Positions 18,088 through 26,744 of a DNA stretch of 32,000 bases are shown here, piece by piece. Position 1 is the first letter of the stretch, and each line of letters begins with the position of its first letter. The translations under genes and the position numbers were made by a program. The stretch is from Pasteurella multocida (GTDB lineage: Bacteria > Pseudomonadota > Gammaproteobacteria > Enterobacterales > Pasteurellaceae), in NCBI RefSeq assembly GCF_900187275.1, contig NZ_LT906458.1:600001-632000 (forward strand). Reading direction: 5' to 3'. The notes under the pieces were generated by a model that saw only the letters and a list, made by a program, of their open reading frames with translations, did no database searches and was not told the DNA's origin.

Positions 18088-18433
18088 ATGTGAACATGTC
18101 CATTTGATTATGCTTTATTACTTGTTTACGAACTCGATTAATCACTTTACGAATACCTGATTCAGTCATATTGTATTTCTTAACTAAGAAAACCCAGTTA
18201 TTCCCGTTGAAGTCGTTATAAATATCTAAGTCACGTTGTGCGATTTTATAATGAAAATCCTTAGGAAAGGAAATTACCATACCGCCGTAGTGTTCAGCCA
18301 AAAAATCAGCGACGTGTATTGAAATCTGTTCACAAATGTCCTGATCGAGATTGTAATTTTTACATAGCGCGCTCACATTATCTTCAATATCGCGTAAAAG
18401 CTCGTGTCGCGTTACTTCCATTTGTGTGCTCAT
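18086..18433 (-). CDS. mor: Mor/C-family transcriptional activator
   Basis: GGMVISFPKDFHYKIAQRDLDIYNDFNGNNWVFLVKKYNMTESGIRKVINRVRK matches the Mu Mor core as I recall it (GG.vYiP.......RD..I.NDFNG.N...L...Y......vY..I.R.R). The start overlaps the gemA stop (TAATG). Confidence 0.85.
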   Translation of the reverse strand: MSTQMEVTRHELLRDIEDNVSALCKNYNLDQDICEQISIHVADFLAEHYGGMVISFPKDFHYKIAQRDLDIYNDFNGNNWVFLVKKYNMTESGIRKVINRVRKQVIKHNQMDMFT

Positions 18434-18894
18434 TACATACCTCCTAGTTCACGTTGCTGCCACTTCTTTAATCTTTCTAAAACTTTTGTTGCTTGCTCGT
18501 TATCAAGCCAGCTGACGAATCGGATTGGCTGACCATCTTTATTTTTAGCAATCTTTGCAACATAAGCGTTTAATGCGTCTTCACTACTATTTCTAATTAT
18601 ACCTTGTGAATACATCTCAAGCCATTTAGCACGTATTTTCTTTGTGATATTGCTTAAAGTGTATTGTTGGCTTGTACCTATTCTGTGTTTTGTAGTGTTT
18701 GTTTTGACACTAAAACCGCGAGATTTCATACCATCTAGTACTTTTTCAAGCTCAGAAACGGTCATGTTAGAGCAACTAGATTTTTTTACTGTATTAACGA
18801 GGAAAGCTCGGTATGTTTCTTTATCCATACCAAGCTTTGATTGTGCTATATGTATTAATTTAATTAACTGTTTTCGTCTAATTTGATTTTCCAT
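18433..18894 (-). CDS. gemA: GemA-like protein (Mu gp16 / DUF1018 family)
   Basis: MENQIRRKQLIKLIHIAQSKLGMDKETYRAFL....SSCSNMTVSELEKVLDGMKSRGF fits the GemA family pattern, and the gene is positioned immediately upstream of mor as in Mu. I prefer the internal ATG 18894 (ggtga SD) to the ORF-track start 18915. Confidence 0.7.
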   Translation of the reverse strand: MENQIRRKQLIKLIHIAQSKLGMDKETYRAFLVNTVKKSSCSNMTVSELEKVLDGMKSRGFSVKTNTTKHRIGTSQQYTLSNITKKIRAKWLEMYSQGIIRNSSEDALNAYVAKIAKNKDGQPIRFVSWLDNEQATKVLERLKKWQQRELGGM

Positions 18895-18964
18895 TTTTAT
18901 CACCATAAAACACATTATTCAGCCCACTTTTTTTGGGGGTAAATGGGCTGTAAATATGCCTTAT

Positions 18965-19288
18965 TTAGTAAGGTAACATGTCATCATCATCTAGTTTTAA
19001 TTTTTCCTCTTCTTCTATTTCTGAAACTAATTCCTGTAATGCTTTTGAGATTGCGTTTCTTATTCTTTCGTCTGTATTCTCTCTTGCTAATAAAAAAGTC
19101 ATAGCCTCATGGTCTAATAAGCTTTGATGCCACTCCAATTCTTCAAAAAGACTACCTTCCCAGTTAATACGTTTTACTTTTCCACCCAAGATCTCCGTAT
19201 CTTTTGAGAACGCTAAGTTATCAGCGGTTACTTCATCAATTTCAATTTCAAGTGTAAGTAACACTTTTGGTTCTTTTTCCGTGCCCAT
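18965..19288 (-). CDS. Highly acidic early protein (107 aa), function unknown
   Basis: By hand count there are 28 Asp/Glu against 12 Lys/Arg. The C-terminal tail is SEIEEEEKLKLDDDDMLPY. The gene is tightly packed, 3 nt from the upstream gene. Confidence 0.65.
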   Translation of the reverse strand: MGTEKEPKVLLTLEIEIDEVTADNLAFSKDTEILGGKVKRINWEGSLFEELEWHQSLLDHEAMTFLLARENTDERIRNAISKALQELVSEIEEEEKLKLDDDDMLPY

Positions 19289-19291
19289 AAT

Positions 19292-19852
19292 CTATTCTCC
19301 TTGTAATGCCAAAAATTCACTCTGCTTAATTTCAGTGAGAAAATCTGGAATATTTGGGAAGTTATCACCACCAAATGCTTTTGTTTTAACTGGTATTGAT
19401 ACAAGGAAATGATTGTCTGCGACACCACACACTGTAATATACCCCATGCGATTACCAAGTACCCAACAACGTAGTTTTAATTTACGTAACATAAAATTAT
19501 TGAAACTTGGGTATTTTTTTAATAACTCTCTAATGTCTTGGATTTTTGCATTGAGCGCTTTTCCTACTTTAGTGCGTCCATCGCCAGTAATTTTTACTCT
19601 TTCATTATTTATTTTTTCAATTTTGTAAGAATTGTCATCTTTGATTTTTTCAAATTCTGGATTGTTTATAGTACATGCAATACCAAAGATGCTATTTTCG
19701 TCACCATACCAACATTCATAAAAAGGAATTGTCTGAAAAATAGTTTCTAATTCTTTATCTCTTTTTTCGCGATCATCTCGCCATTGTTTATCAAGTGATT
19801 TAATAGGCTCTTTATCAAGAGAACATTTGAAATAACGGAATTCTGGTCTCAT
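19292..19852 (-). CDS. Hypothetical early-region protein (186 aa)
   Basis: A long ORF in the early operon orientation, with 9-nt and 3-nt gaps to its neighbours. AT-rich. No family recognised. Confidence 0.6.
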   Translation of the reverse strand: MRPEFRYFKCSLDKEPIKSLDKQWRDDREKRDKELETIFQTIPFYECWYGDENSIFGIACTINNPEFEKIKDDNSYKIEKINNERVKITGDGRTKVGKALNAKIQDIRELLKKYPSFNNFMLRKLKLRCWVLGNRMGYITVCGVADNHFLVSIPVKTKAFGGDNFPNIPDFLTEIKQSEFLALQGE

Positions 19853-19861
19853 ATTTACTCC

Positions 19862-20407
19862 TTAATCTTCAATTAATTCGAGGTCTTCAAATTTAATTAT
19901 ATGACCACATTGTCTTGCAGGTGAGCCTGTAGCTATTTGTTCATTGTTCCAATCAATTTGACTTTTTGTCATAACGTTATAGCGCGCAGCTCTGTATTTG
20001 TTAATTGCAACAATTGTTCCAATTTTTTCTTCATAAAAACTCGGTAAGCGTACTTTAGCCCCAATAGGAAAAGGAGGTTTAATATCATTATGTTGTATCC
20101 ATTGGTTCTCTTTTTCGTAAATTTGCCGATTTACAAACAACTCGAATTTTTCAATCTTACACAAATCTTCGTAAGTGAACTCCCAGCCATAATCTTGAAT
20201 TAATAACGTCATCAATACTTGTGGGTCTTGATAACAGTGAAATTCTGCAATTAGCGACTTATAAATACCATCCCTATATTCTTCTGCAACTAAAGCATCC
20301 TCATGATAAGAATCTGGATAATGCTGTTTAATGAATGCATGCACTGTTTCTTCTGCGAATCCATCATCATTAATGGATGGGCGTGGGGGATTAAATGTTA
20401 CTTTCAT
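19862..20407 (-). CDS. Hypothetical early-region protein (181 aa)
   Basis: A long ORF in the operon orientation whose start overlaps the upstream stop by 4 nt (20404-20407). No family recognised. Confidence 0.6.
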   Translation of the reverse strand: MKVTFNPPRPSINDDGFAEETVHAFIKQHYPDSYHEDALVAEEYRDGIYKSLIAEFHCYQDPQVLMTLLIQDYGWEFTYEDLCKIEKFELFVNRQIYEKENQWIQHNDIKPPFPIGAKVRLPSFYEEKIGTIVAINKYRAARYNVMTKSQIDWNNEQIATGSPARQCGHIIKFEDLELIED

Positions 20408-20631
20408 AATTCACCTCTTTCTCTGAGTTGCTTCTCTTCGCTGATTTCTGGTGCAATGTTGCGAAGAAAAGCAATTTTGCGCTTAATATTTTTAGCTTCA
20501 CGCAGTGCACTGTTAAACATAATGGCACTGCTTCTTTCATCGCCATTATTCATAAAGTCAAGCGATGCTTGAAATGCATTGATAATATCTGCAATTTCTG
20601 CCGCACAATCTTGCTTTTCTGTTAATGTCAT
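20404..20631 (-). CDS. Hypothetical early-region protein (75 aa)
   Basis: Abuts the upstream ORF (stop at 20632, start at 20631) and overlaps the downstream gene by 4 nt, consistent with translational coupling. Confidence 0.5.
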   Translation of the reverse strand: MTLTEKQDCAAEIADIINAFQASLDFMNNGDERSSAIMFNSALREAKNIKRKIAFLRNIAPEISEEKQLRERGEL

Positions 20632-20798
20632 TTACATCTCTCCAATTTCAGTTACATTTCGCACTTCCGAAATCTGTTTTGGTAATTCATCGAGCTTTTC
20701 TAAACTAAAATCGTCAGTTAACTTAGATACATCATCGATATTTTCCGCAACCACCAAGACCTCAAGTAAGCATTCAACACGTACAATAAACTTTTTCA
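20632..20798 (-). CDS. Hypothetical small early protein (55 aa from the internal ATG)
   Basis: The ORF-track 20632..20907 overlaps the DUF3164 gene. ATG 20798 (MKKFIVRVE...) lies 1 nt after the DUF3164 stop codon (TGAaATG), which suggests this is the real start. Confidence 0.45.
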
Positions 20799-20800
20799 TT

Positions 20801-21421
20801 TCACACCCCAGCAATATCAAGTGAAATTGGTTTCCATGTATCAGTATCACCCACGCGCTCATAAATGCGCACATACGCTTTAGAGCTGACAACCTGCACG
20901 CTTTCACTAATAGCCTGCATCGCGTTTAACCAACGCTTGTCTTTAATGTCGACACGACGCAAACCAAGAATACGTGAAGTATTGAGATTCCCTTCTTTAT
21001 CCACATTAAACGCCCGTTCAATTAAAGCTCTAAGTTCTGGGCGAGAACCTTCGGACCATTCATTTAAACACTCATCAATGAGGACTTTTGCCGCTTGAAT
21101 ACGCTCATCGAACTGCAAGTTGTCGTTAATAGCGCGCTGAATTTTGTACTTACCATCGTAGCTAAATAGCGTAATATTGCCCTTATTACCGCCAATTTTG
21201 GCATCATATTTCTCAGCTGATAGGTCAATAAATGCTTGAATATCACCAAAAATATGCTCTTTAAATGCTTTCATCTCACCGTGCAGTGCAATGGCTTTTT
21301 CCACCCATTCATTGACTAGTGAATCACGTTCTCTATCAATTTCTTTAATGAGTTCTTCCGGCGTGAGATTACCTTTTGCATCAGCCCAGTAGGTTTTACC
21401 ATTAATGATTTGCTTAGCCAT
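20801..21421 (-). CDS. DUF3164-family protein (conserved in Mu-like prophages)
   Basis: From ATG 21421 (SD aaggag) the protein reads MAKQIINGKTYWADAKGNLTPEELIKEIDRERD...GGNKGNITLFSYDGKYKIQRA...LGLRRVDI...SKAYVRIYERVG. This matches my recollection of DUF3164 proteins from transposable phages. Confidence 0.6.
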   Translation of the reverse strand: MAKQIINGKTYWADAKGNLTPEELIKEIDRERDSLVNEWVEKAIALHGEMKAFKEHIFGDIQAFIDLSAEKYDAKIGGNKGNITLFSYDGKYKIQRAINDNLQFDERIQAAKVLIDECLNEWSEGSRPELRALIERAFNVDKEGNLNTSRILGLRRVDIKDKRWLNAMQAISESVQVVSSKAYVRIYERVGDTDTWKPISLDIAGV

Positions 21422-21440
21422 ATTTGTCTCCTTGTTATTT

Positions 21441-21695
21441 TTAATGAATCGTATCTGAATCTTTTGCAAGCTTTTCAAGCTTCGCATGAAAGATGCTTGG
21501 GTCTTTTTTAAAGTAAAAACGGATTTCCATTGTTTCCTGTCTTAATTCGATATATGTAATTTCACTTGCAATCATTACCGCCATATTTTCTGGTGTCAGT
21601 TCAATTTTTCTCAGCATAAAAACCAATAAGTCCAGGAATCGGTCATCTGTTTTTTCAATTCTGATGAAATTATTTTTCTGCGTTTTTTCCGGCAT
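21441..21695 (-). CDS. Hypothetical early-region protein (84 aa)
   Basis: In the operon orientation, with SD aagga upstream. It overlaps the preceding ORF by 26 nt. Confidence 0.45.
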   Translation of the reverse strand: MPEKTQKNNFIRIEKTDDRFLDLLVFMLRKIELTPENMAVMIASEITYIELRQETMEIRFYFKKDPSIFHAKLEKLAKDSDTIH

Positions 21696-21891
21696 TTTGA
21701 TGTTCCTTTAAAATTGCTTTAAACGTGTCATTGTTGTTACTGTTTTTAATGACTTCAAAATAATCAATGCCATTGATTAAAGCATTTGCAATTGTTGCGG
21801 GATCTTTTGCTTGTAGAACAAACATCAGACAGTAGCGATAAAACAGATCTTTGTTGTTTCTATTAATTTGTTTTATTGTTTCTTTACCCAT
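21670..21891 (-). CDS. Hypothetical early-region protein (73 aa)
   Basis: In the operon orientation, 9 nt downstream of the previous gene. Confidence 0.45.
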   Translation of the reverse strand: MGKETIKQINRNNKDLFYRYCLMFVLQAKDPATIANALINGIDYFEVIKNSNNNDTFKAILKEHQNAGKNAEK

Positions 21892-21900
21892 AAGCCCTCA

Positions 21901-22224
21901 TTAATGAATTGTTTCTGAACGTGGAAATGAAAAAATAATACGACAACTCGCTAACATGCGTTGTGCTGTTGAAATAAGTTGTTCTGTTGCATCGTGCATA
22001 TGTGAATAAACAAACGCCTTGTCAGTGTCTAACCACTTTTGCGTAAGCGCGTTGTGCTGTACTTCAAGCGTGGGTACACTTCCATCAAGTCTGACATGTA
22101 GAACCGTTAACCCTAATCTTGCGCATGCCATAGTCGCTTTATGTGCGGCAGTTAATTGAGATAACACATGCATATTTGCAATATTGAGTTGCACTTTTTT
22201 CTTTTGTGATTGTTGTTTAGTCAT
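21901..22224 (-). CDS. Hypothetical early-region protein (107 aa) immediately downstream of the B-like gene
   Basis: Starts 2 nt after the MuB-like stop. This is the position kil occupies in Mu, but I see no sequence similarity. Confidence 0.5.
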   Translation of the reverse strand: MTKQQSQKKKVQLNIANMHVLSQLTAAHKATMACARLGLTVLHVRLDGSVPTLEVQHNALTQKWLDTDKAFVYSHMHDATEQLISTAQRMLASCRIIFSFPRSETIH

Positions 22225-22226
22225 GA

Positions 22227-23405
22227 TTACACCCCTTTCACAATATCAGCTGTGACAAGTGGCGAGCCCAGTTCAGCCGCTAAATTCATTGCCGATGTTA
22301 GTAAATTACCCACCGCTAATGGATATAACAGGCTGGTTTGTGTCTTATTTCTGCTGTTGGTCATAATTAAACGTTGACGAACGGCATCGAGTGCGTCTTT
22401 ATCAAAGAAATCTGATGCTTTCTTACCGATAGCTTGTGCTCGAAAATCAACATATTGCTCCAAGCAACTATCTAATGGCTCAAGTGTGACAATTTCACAA
22501 CGTTGAACGACTTCGCGGACTTCAAGGTTACGCTCTGAAAGCTTTAATTTAAGCTCCGGTTGACCGACAAGTACGATAGACAGTAGCTTTTTAAAGCCAT
22601 CTTCAAGTTCAAAGAAACGTTTTAGATGTTTCAGTGTTGGCACAGGTAAACTGTGTGCTTCTTCAATAATTAGCACATGTTGATTGCCTGCGCGCGCACT
22701 GTCTTTTAAGACGCGGTGAAGTTGGCGAAAACGTGCTTCAGGTGAGCGTTTAACATTTTCAAGTGGTGCTAGAGTATTGATAATGCTTTCAGCAATGTGT
22801 GCCGCTTTAAGTGTCTTGCCTTTTAAATCGTTGTCTTCCATGGCGATAATGTAAGGTTCAATCACCACAACTGGCAGGTTTTCACTGTTAATGCGGTCGA
22901 TTAAATCACGGCGTAGTGTTGACTTACCTGCACCAGATTCACCGACCACAGCGACAAAGCCGCCAAATTTAGCCGTTTGGAAGAGTGCTTCACGGACGTA
23001 ACGCACGTCTGGTGAACTAAACACTTCAGCAGATGAGCGCACTTCGTCGGTAAATGGATTAGAAAAAAGTGAAAAATGTTTCTTTGTCGCTGGAAATAGA
23101 GACTGTTTTGCGAGTAACATAGTATCGTCCTCTGTTGTTGGCTGGTTGCCGTTATTAATAGTGGACACTTCTGCCACTGTTGGCGCAGTGGCAGAAACCT
23201 CCGTTAAAAGTTCTTCAAGTGCGATTGAAATACCGAGTTTTTGTAATTCAACCGTCAGTTTTTGCTTAAAAAGCTCGGTATCTGTTTTAATTAACTGACC
23301 ATGATTGACTAAATTCGTAATCACGGCGGGTGATACATTGAGCTTTCTTGCAAGTTTGCGTTGTGCTACGCCTTTTTGCTCTAAAATTGCTTTGAGTTTT
23401 AACAT
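22227..23405 (-). CDS. MuB-like AAA+ ATPase (transposition target-DNA activator) with an N-terminal HTH
   Basis: Walker A motif VVGESGAGKST, a Walker B-like motif HVLIIEEAH and an N-terminal HTH (GVAQRKLARKLNVSPAVITNLVNHG). The gene lies directly downstream of the transposase. Confidence 0.85.
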   Translation of the reverse strand: MLKLKAILEQKGVAQRKLARKLNVSPAVITNLVNHGQLIKTDTELFKQKLTVELQKLGISIALEELLTEVSATAPTVAEVSTINNGNQPTTEDDTMLLAKQSLFPATKKHFSLFSNPFTDEVRSSAEVFSSPDVRYVREALFQTAKFGGFVAVVGESGAGKSTLRRDLIDRINSENLPVVVIEPYIIAMEDNDLKGKTLKAAHIAESIINTLAPLENVKRSPEARFRQLHRVLKDSARAGNQHVLIIEEAHSLPVPTLKHLKRFFELEDGFKKLLSIVLVGQPELKLKLSERNLEVREVVQRCEIVTLEPLDSCLEQYVDFRAQAIGKKASDFFDKDALDAVRQRLIMTNSRNKTQTSLLYPLAVGNLLTSAMNLAAELGSPLVTADIVKGV

Positions 23406-23416
23406 AGTGACTATCC

Positions 23417-25186
23417 TTAACCATTCACTATACGTAATGGTTTTGCCGTGGTTGGTAAGTGTGGTTGAGCAAGTAATTCTTCTAACTCAGGCTCAGTCAT
23501 GCCATTTGGGTGGCGTTGATTAAGCCATTGCAATGTGTCTGCGCTATATTCACTTCCAAATTTCGCTTTTAAGCGTTTTGCAACCTCAATTGTGCTGAGT
23601 GGAATAAGCTCAACACGTTTTGCATTTTCAGTAAGCTCATGTTGCTGACCTTGTTTTGGCATAAAATCAACATAGTTATGTTCTTCAATGCTTTTGTATG
23701 GGTTAATACGACCACCAAAGAGCGGTGTTTTGGCTTTTTGAGCTGCTTTAACTTCATCATCTGTTTTAGCACCATAAGCAATACGTTCGGCTTCTTCCTT
23801 GTTATATTCAAACTCGCTTTTATGATGCGGTTTATACTCTTCGCCAATGACTGCCGCTTGTTCTTTAAAACCATGTTCATTAAAGATAACAGGCTCAACA
23901 ACTGTCCAGTAATGATGTCCTTCTTCATCCACGCGTTGTACTTGAATACACTCTGGTCTATATGGATTTTTACCAATCGTGAGTGTGTTACCAACCATCG
24001 CTTCTTTAATGTTACGTACATCAAATACCGCCCCACCAAAATTAACCGTTAATTCTGCAGTGACTTTGCGCGTTACTAATTTTGTGATCATTAATTCGCG
24101 ACAGATTTCAATGCTTGGTGCCAGTACAAGTTGCTCTTTAGTAATAGAAAGCCAGCTCATGTAACGTGTTTTTCTCGTGCGTGAATGAACTGCAGTACTG
24201 TTAAAATAGGTCATCCATTTGCCAGCCAGTTGATTTAAGTTGTCCAACCCAGTAACTCGCATAAAACGCAACCCACTCTCAAATTGGCGTTCTACAATAT
24301 CGTTGCTCTTCTCAACTTGTCCTTTCGCGCGCGGCTTACCTGGTGCATTAACTTGAAGATGAATGCCAAGTTGGTCGCATAAGTGACGAAACATGGCTGA
24401 TGTATTCGCAGAGCCGGGGTCTAACATCACCATTTTTGGTACGCCACAAAATGGATTGTTGTTACCACGTTTTTGCATCGCGTTGATGAAGCAATTACAA
24501 AGGTTTTCTGCACTTTCACCGCCATACACATATTCGACATAAATCACACCAGAGGTATGGTCGGTGATGACATAGCGCCAAACACGTTGATTTTCGACTT
24601 TCTTCACGTTAGCGGGTTTGTTCTTATAGAACTCTTTTTCTTCCATAATGTTTAAGCCATTTCCGCCGTCTGTTTGCTCTTTGAGGTAATACAACACACA
24701 CAAAGAGGGGTCGATTTGCCAACAGTGGTTTGGATGTAAGCTTTTCATACTGTTAACTGGCGCAGGGCGAGATAGCTGTTCAGGATGTAGGTTATAAGTA
24801 CGTAATGCCCGACTGACCGCACTTTCTGAAAGTAAGCGTATTTCACCTGTGCTTTCGTCAATGTATTCTGCTTTGATTTCATTGTTTGCACGTAATACAT
24901 CAAGCACGCTGGCAAGACTGGACATGACTTTGTTATTCACACCACGACGGCAGGCTAACCAGTAAGCCGAAATAATTTTTGCCTCGTCCAAACTCAAGTT
25001 CACATTGCCTTTATCTGCACGTTGTTTGCGTTTTGGCTGACTAAATTGTTTTAATTCACGCATTAATGTTGCATAACTGATATTCAACTGTTCACAAGCT
25101 TGCGCATAGATTTCACCTTTTTTGCCATGTCCTGCTGCTTGTGCAAGCTGTGAAATCTCTAGCAGTTTTTCAGGTAAAATCGCCAT
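23417..25186 (-). CDS. MuA-like DDE transposase
   Basis: N-terminal HTH (YAQACEQLNISYATLMRELK) and an rve-type core with the candidate DDE triad WQIDPS, VMLDPGSANTS and KGQVEKSN. 589 aa, followed by the B-like ATPase gene. Confidence 0.88.
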   Translation of the reverse strand: MAILPEKLLEISQLAQAAGHGKKGEIYAQACEQLNISYATLMRELKQFSQPKRKQRADKGNVNLSLDEAKIISAYWLACRRGVNNKVMSSLASVLDVLRANNEIKAEYIDESTGEIRLLSESAVSRALRTYNLHPEQLSRPAPVNSMKSLHPNHCWQIDPSLCVLYYLKEQTDGGNGLNIMEEKEFYKNKPANVKKVENQRVWRYVITDHTSGVIYVEYVYGGESAENLCNCFINAMQKRGNNNPFCGVPKMVMLDPGSANTSAMFRHLCDQLGIHLQVNAPGKPRAKGQVEKSNDIVERQFESGLRFMRVTGLDNLNQLAGKWMTYFNSTAVHSRTRKTRYMSWLSITKEQLVLAPSIEICRELMITKLVTRKVTAELTVNFGGAVFDVRNIKEAMVGNTLTIGKNPYRPECIQVQRVDEEGHHYWTVVEPVIFNEHGFKEQAAVIGEEYKPHHKSEFEYNKEEAERIAYGAKTDDEVKAAQKAKTPLFGGRINPYKSIEEHNYVDFMPKQGQQHELTENAKRVELIPLSTIEVAKRLKAKFGSEYSADTLQWLNQRHPNGMTEPELEELLAQPHLPTTAKPLRIVNG

Positions 25187-25197
25187 GGTGATTGTCC

Positions 25198-26142
25198 TTA
25201 TTCTTGTTCTTCGCCGTTAATGATGGCGTTAAATGCATCACTATAATCGGGCGTTTCATTACCACGCGCCCAGGCAGGTGTGTTATCACCATCCGCAAAT
25301 TGAGGGAGGTTAAACGTAGTACGTAATTCATTAATAACAAGCTCAATCTCGGCTAATACACCCGTCATAAACTGCTTGTGATCAATGCCACTTTCTTGTG
25401 TATGTGCATCTAATGTTTCAAATGCTTTCCACACTTGCCCGCGTAGAATGGCTTCGGATCCATAAACAAGCTGGGATGTTTCTTTACGCAACACACCACC
25501 TTTTTCATCTGGCGTTAATGTGTTGATGTATTGCTTTTTCTTCTCAAGTTCTGCATCAAGCTGATCGATACGTTTATTCTTGTTATCAAGAACACGTTCC
25601 TGTGCGGTATAATTGTCTTTTGCTGTTTTTAATTGCGCTTCTAAGCTCTCTTTTTCTTTTGCGTGTTTAACCGTCAACTCTTCGATTTTCTCAATCAAAT
25701 CTTCTTTGTCGGTTGCCTCTGAGTAGTCGGCATCTACGATTTCTGAACGAGCATCTTCTGGGAGTTTACGTAATTTGCGTAAATCACGATAACCAAGACC
25801 AAGGCGTTGAGAGGTTTCTAAAAAATCTTCACCTAGAGAATTTAGATTTTGCAAATCCTCATCAACTTTTTGACGGGTTAGTCCGCACATTAAGCAAAAC
25901 TCTTCCCAAGTGCCGACACGTCGGCAGTTTCCATTATCATCATAGAAATCTAACTCTTTGAATTGCTTGGTTTCTTTGACTTGAGATAGTAATTTCAAAG
26001 TGCTGACGGTCAGCAGTTTTTGTGCAAAATCAAAGGCTTTTACCATTCCTAAAACTTCATGAGCTTGTGTTTTAGCTCGAGTCATGGCTTTAGCAGCTAA
26101 AGCAACGGCATTTTGTGATTGTTCAATGGTTAAATTTGTCAT
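25198..26142 (-). CDS. Hypothetical early protein (314 aa) with a central coiled coil and a possible HTH
   Basis: WEEFCLMCGLTRQKVDEDLQNLNSLGEDFLE..LGLGYRDLRKLRKLP is followed by a heptad-rich KE segment. The gene lies immediately upstream of the transposase. No family is confidently recognised. Confidence 0.6.
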   Translation of the reverse strand: MTNLTIEQSQNAVALAAKAMTRAKTQAHEVLGMVKAFDFAQKLLTVSTLKLLSQVKETKQFKELDFYDDNGNCRRVGTWEEFCLMCGLTRQKVDEDLQNLNSLGEDFLETSQRLGLGYRDLRKLRKLPEDARSEIVDADYSEATDKEDLIEKIEELTVKHAKEKESLEAQLKTAKDNYTAQERVLDNKNKRIDQLDAELEKKKQYINTLTPDEKGGVLRKETSQLVYGSEAILRGQVWKAFETLDAHTQESGIDHKQFMTGVLAEIELVINELRTTFNLPQFADGDNTPAWARGNETPDYSDAFNAIINGEEQE

Positions 26143-26152
26143 ATTACTTTCC

Positions 26153-26467
26153 TTAACTTAAGGCGCCAGCGGCAATGCGTTGGTTTAGTTGTTCGACTTT
26201 TTCAATAGCAAGATTGCATTCGTTTGCATGAGCTGTTGCAATTTGCAGTACTTGAATACTTAATGCAAAGCGATCTTCGGCTAGTCTTATGACAAAGCCT
26301 TCGTCAAGTAATACGGCTAATGCGCGTGAAATATTGACCTGACTTTCATTTAATCTCTCTGCAAGTTGACTGTTACTAAGCCCTGTTAATGAGAATCCTT
26401 TTAATGCACGAATGATGTTTAATGCTCTACGGGCTGGCTTGCTATTTGTCCCTTTTAATTCAGTCAT
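26153..26467 (-). CDS. Small winged-helix DNA-binding protein (IclR-N-like HTH)
   Basis: ARRALNIIRALKGFSLTGLSNSQLAERLNESQVNISRALAVLLDEGFV resembles the N-terminal wHTH of IclR/MarR-type regulators. SD gaggtg. Confidence 0.55.
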   Translation of the reverse strand: MTELKGTNSKPARRALNIIRALKGFSLTGLSNSQLAERLNESQVNISRALAVLLDEGFVIRLAEDRFALSIQVLQIATAHANECNLAIEKVEQLNQRIAAGALS

Positions 26468-26479
26468 AGATACACCTCA

Positions 26480-26665
26480 TTAATTAACTTTGCCTTGTAA
26501 GCTTTTAACTTGATTAAGCGGAATATTGTGTTTATCGACGATTTGTTGTGTGTTTTGTTTACGGAACTTATTCAAAATTGCTTGGTTTTTAATGTCTTTG
26601 CGTTCGCGTCGTCTGTATTCGCGTGCTAAATACCAGATACAAAATTTAATCAGTAATCTTTTCAT
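26480..26665 (-). CDS. Small basic hypothetical protein (61 aa)
   Basis: Good SD (aggag, 7 nt before the ATG). An N-terminal hydrophobic stretch, LLIKFCIWYLA, is followed by an Arg/Lys-rich region. Confidence 0.45.
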   Translation of the reverse strand: MKRLLIKFCIWYLAREYRRRERKDIKNQAILNKFRKQNTQQIVDKHNIPLNQVKSLQGKVN

Positions 26666-26744
26666 TTTGAGCTCCTATTTCGCTACAAGCGGTCAGTTCC
26701 GCTTAAACTGTTATCAATTCAAATTGGTAACGAAGAATGTGTGA

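Noticed and set aside
18644-21249. Plus-strand or alternate-frame ORFs within the prophage early arm (18644..18886, 19228..19458, 19413..19628, 19538..19750, 20303..20572, 20428..20625, 20579..20824, 20865..21098, 21064..21249).
   Set aside because: They are antisense or out of frame relative to a tightly packed, translationally coupled minus-strand operon. AT-rich DNA readily produces such open frames.
23569-24164. ORFs of 156 aa (minus strand, alternate frame), 137 aa and 61 aa (plus strand) inside the MuA-like transposase gene.
   Set aside because: They are internal to a gene with clear DDE-transposase features and have low-complexity, Lys/Leu/Phe-rich translations with no start signals. 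The same reasoning applies to 24473..24655, 25713..25961 and 23305..23523.
26685-26693. A single Apl-type USS core (ACAAGCGGT) in a small hairpin between ner and the 61-aa ORF, which might hint at an Actinobacillus/Mannheimia origin for the phage.
   Set aside because: One 9-mer occurrence in 64 kb of two-strand sequence is close to chance expectation, and I saw no further copies.
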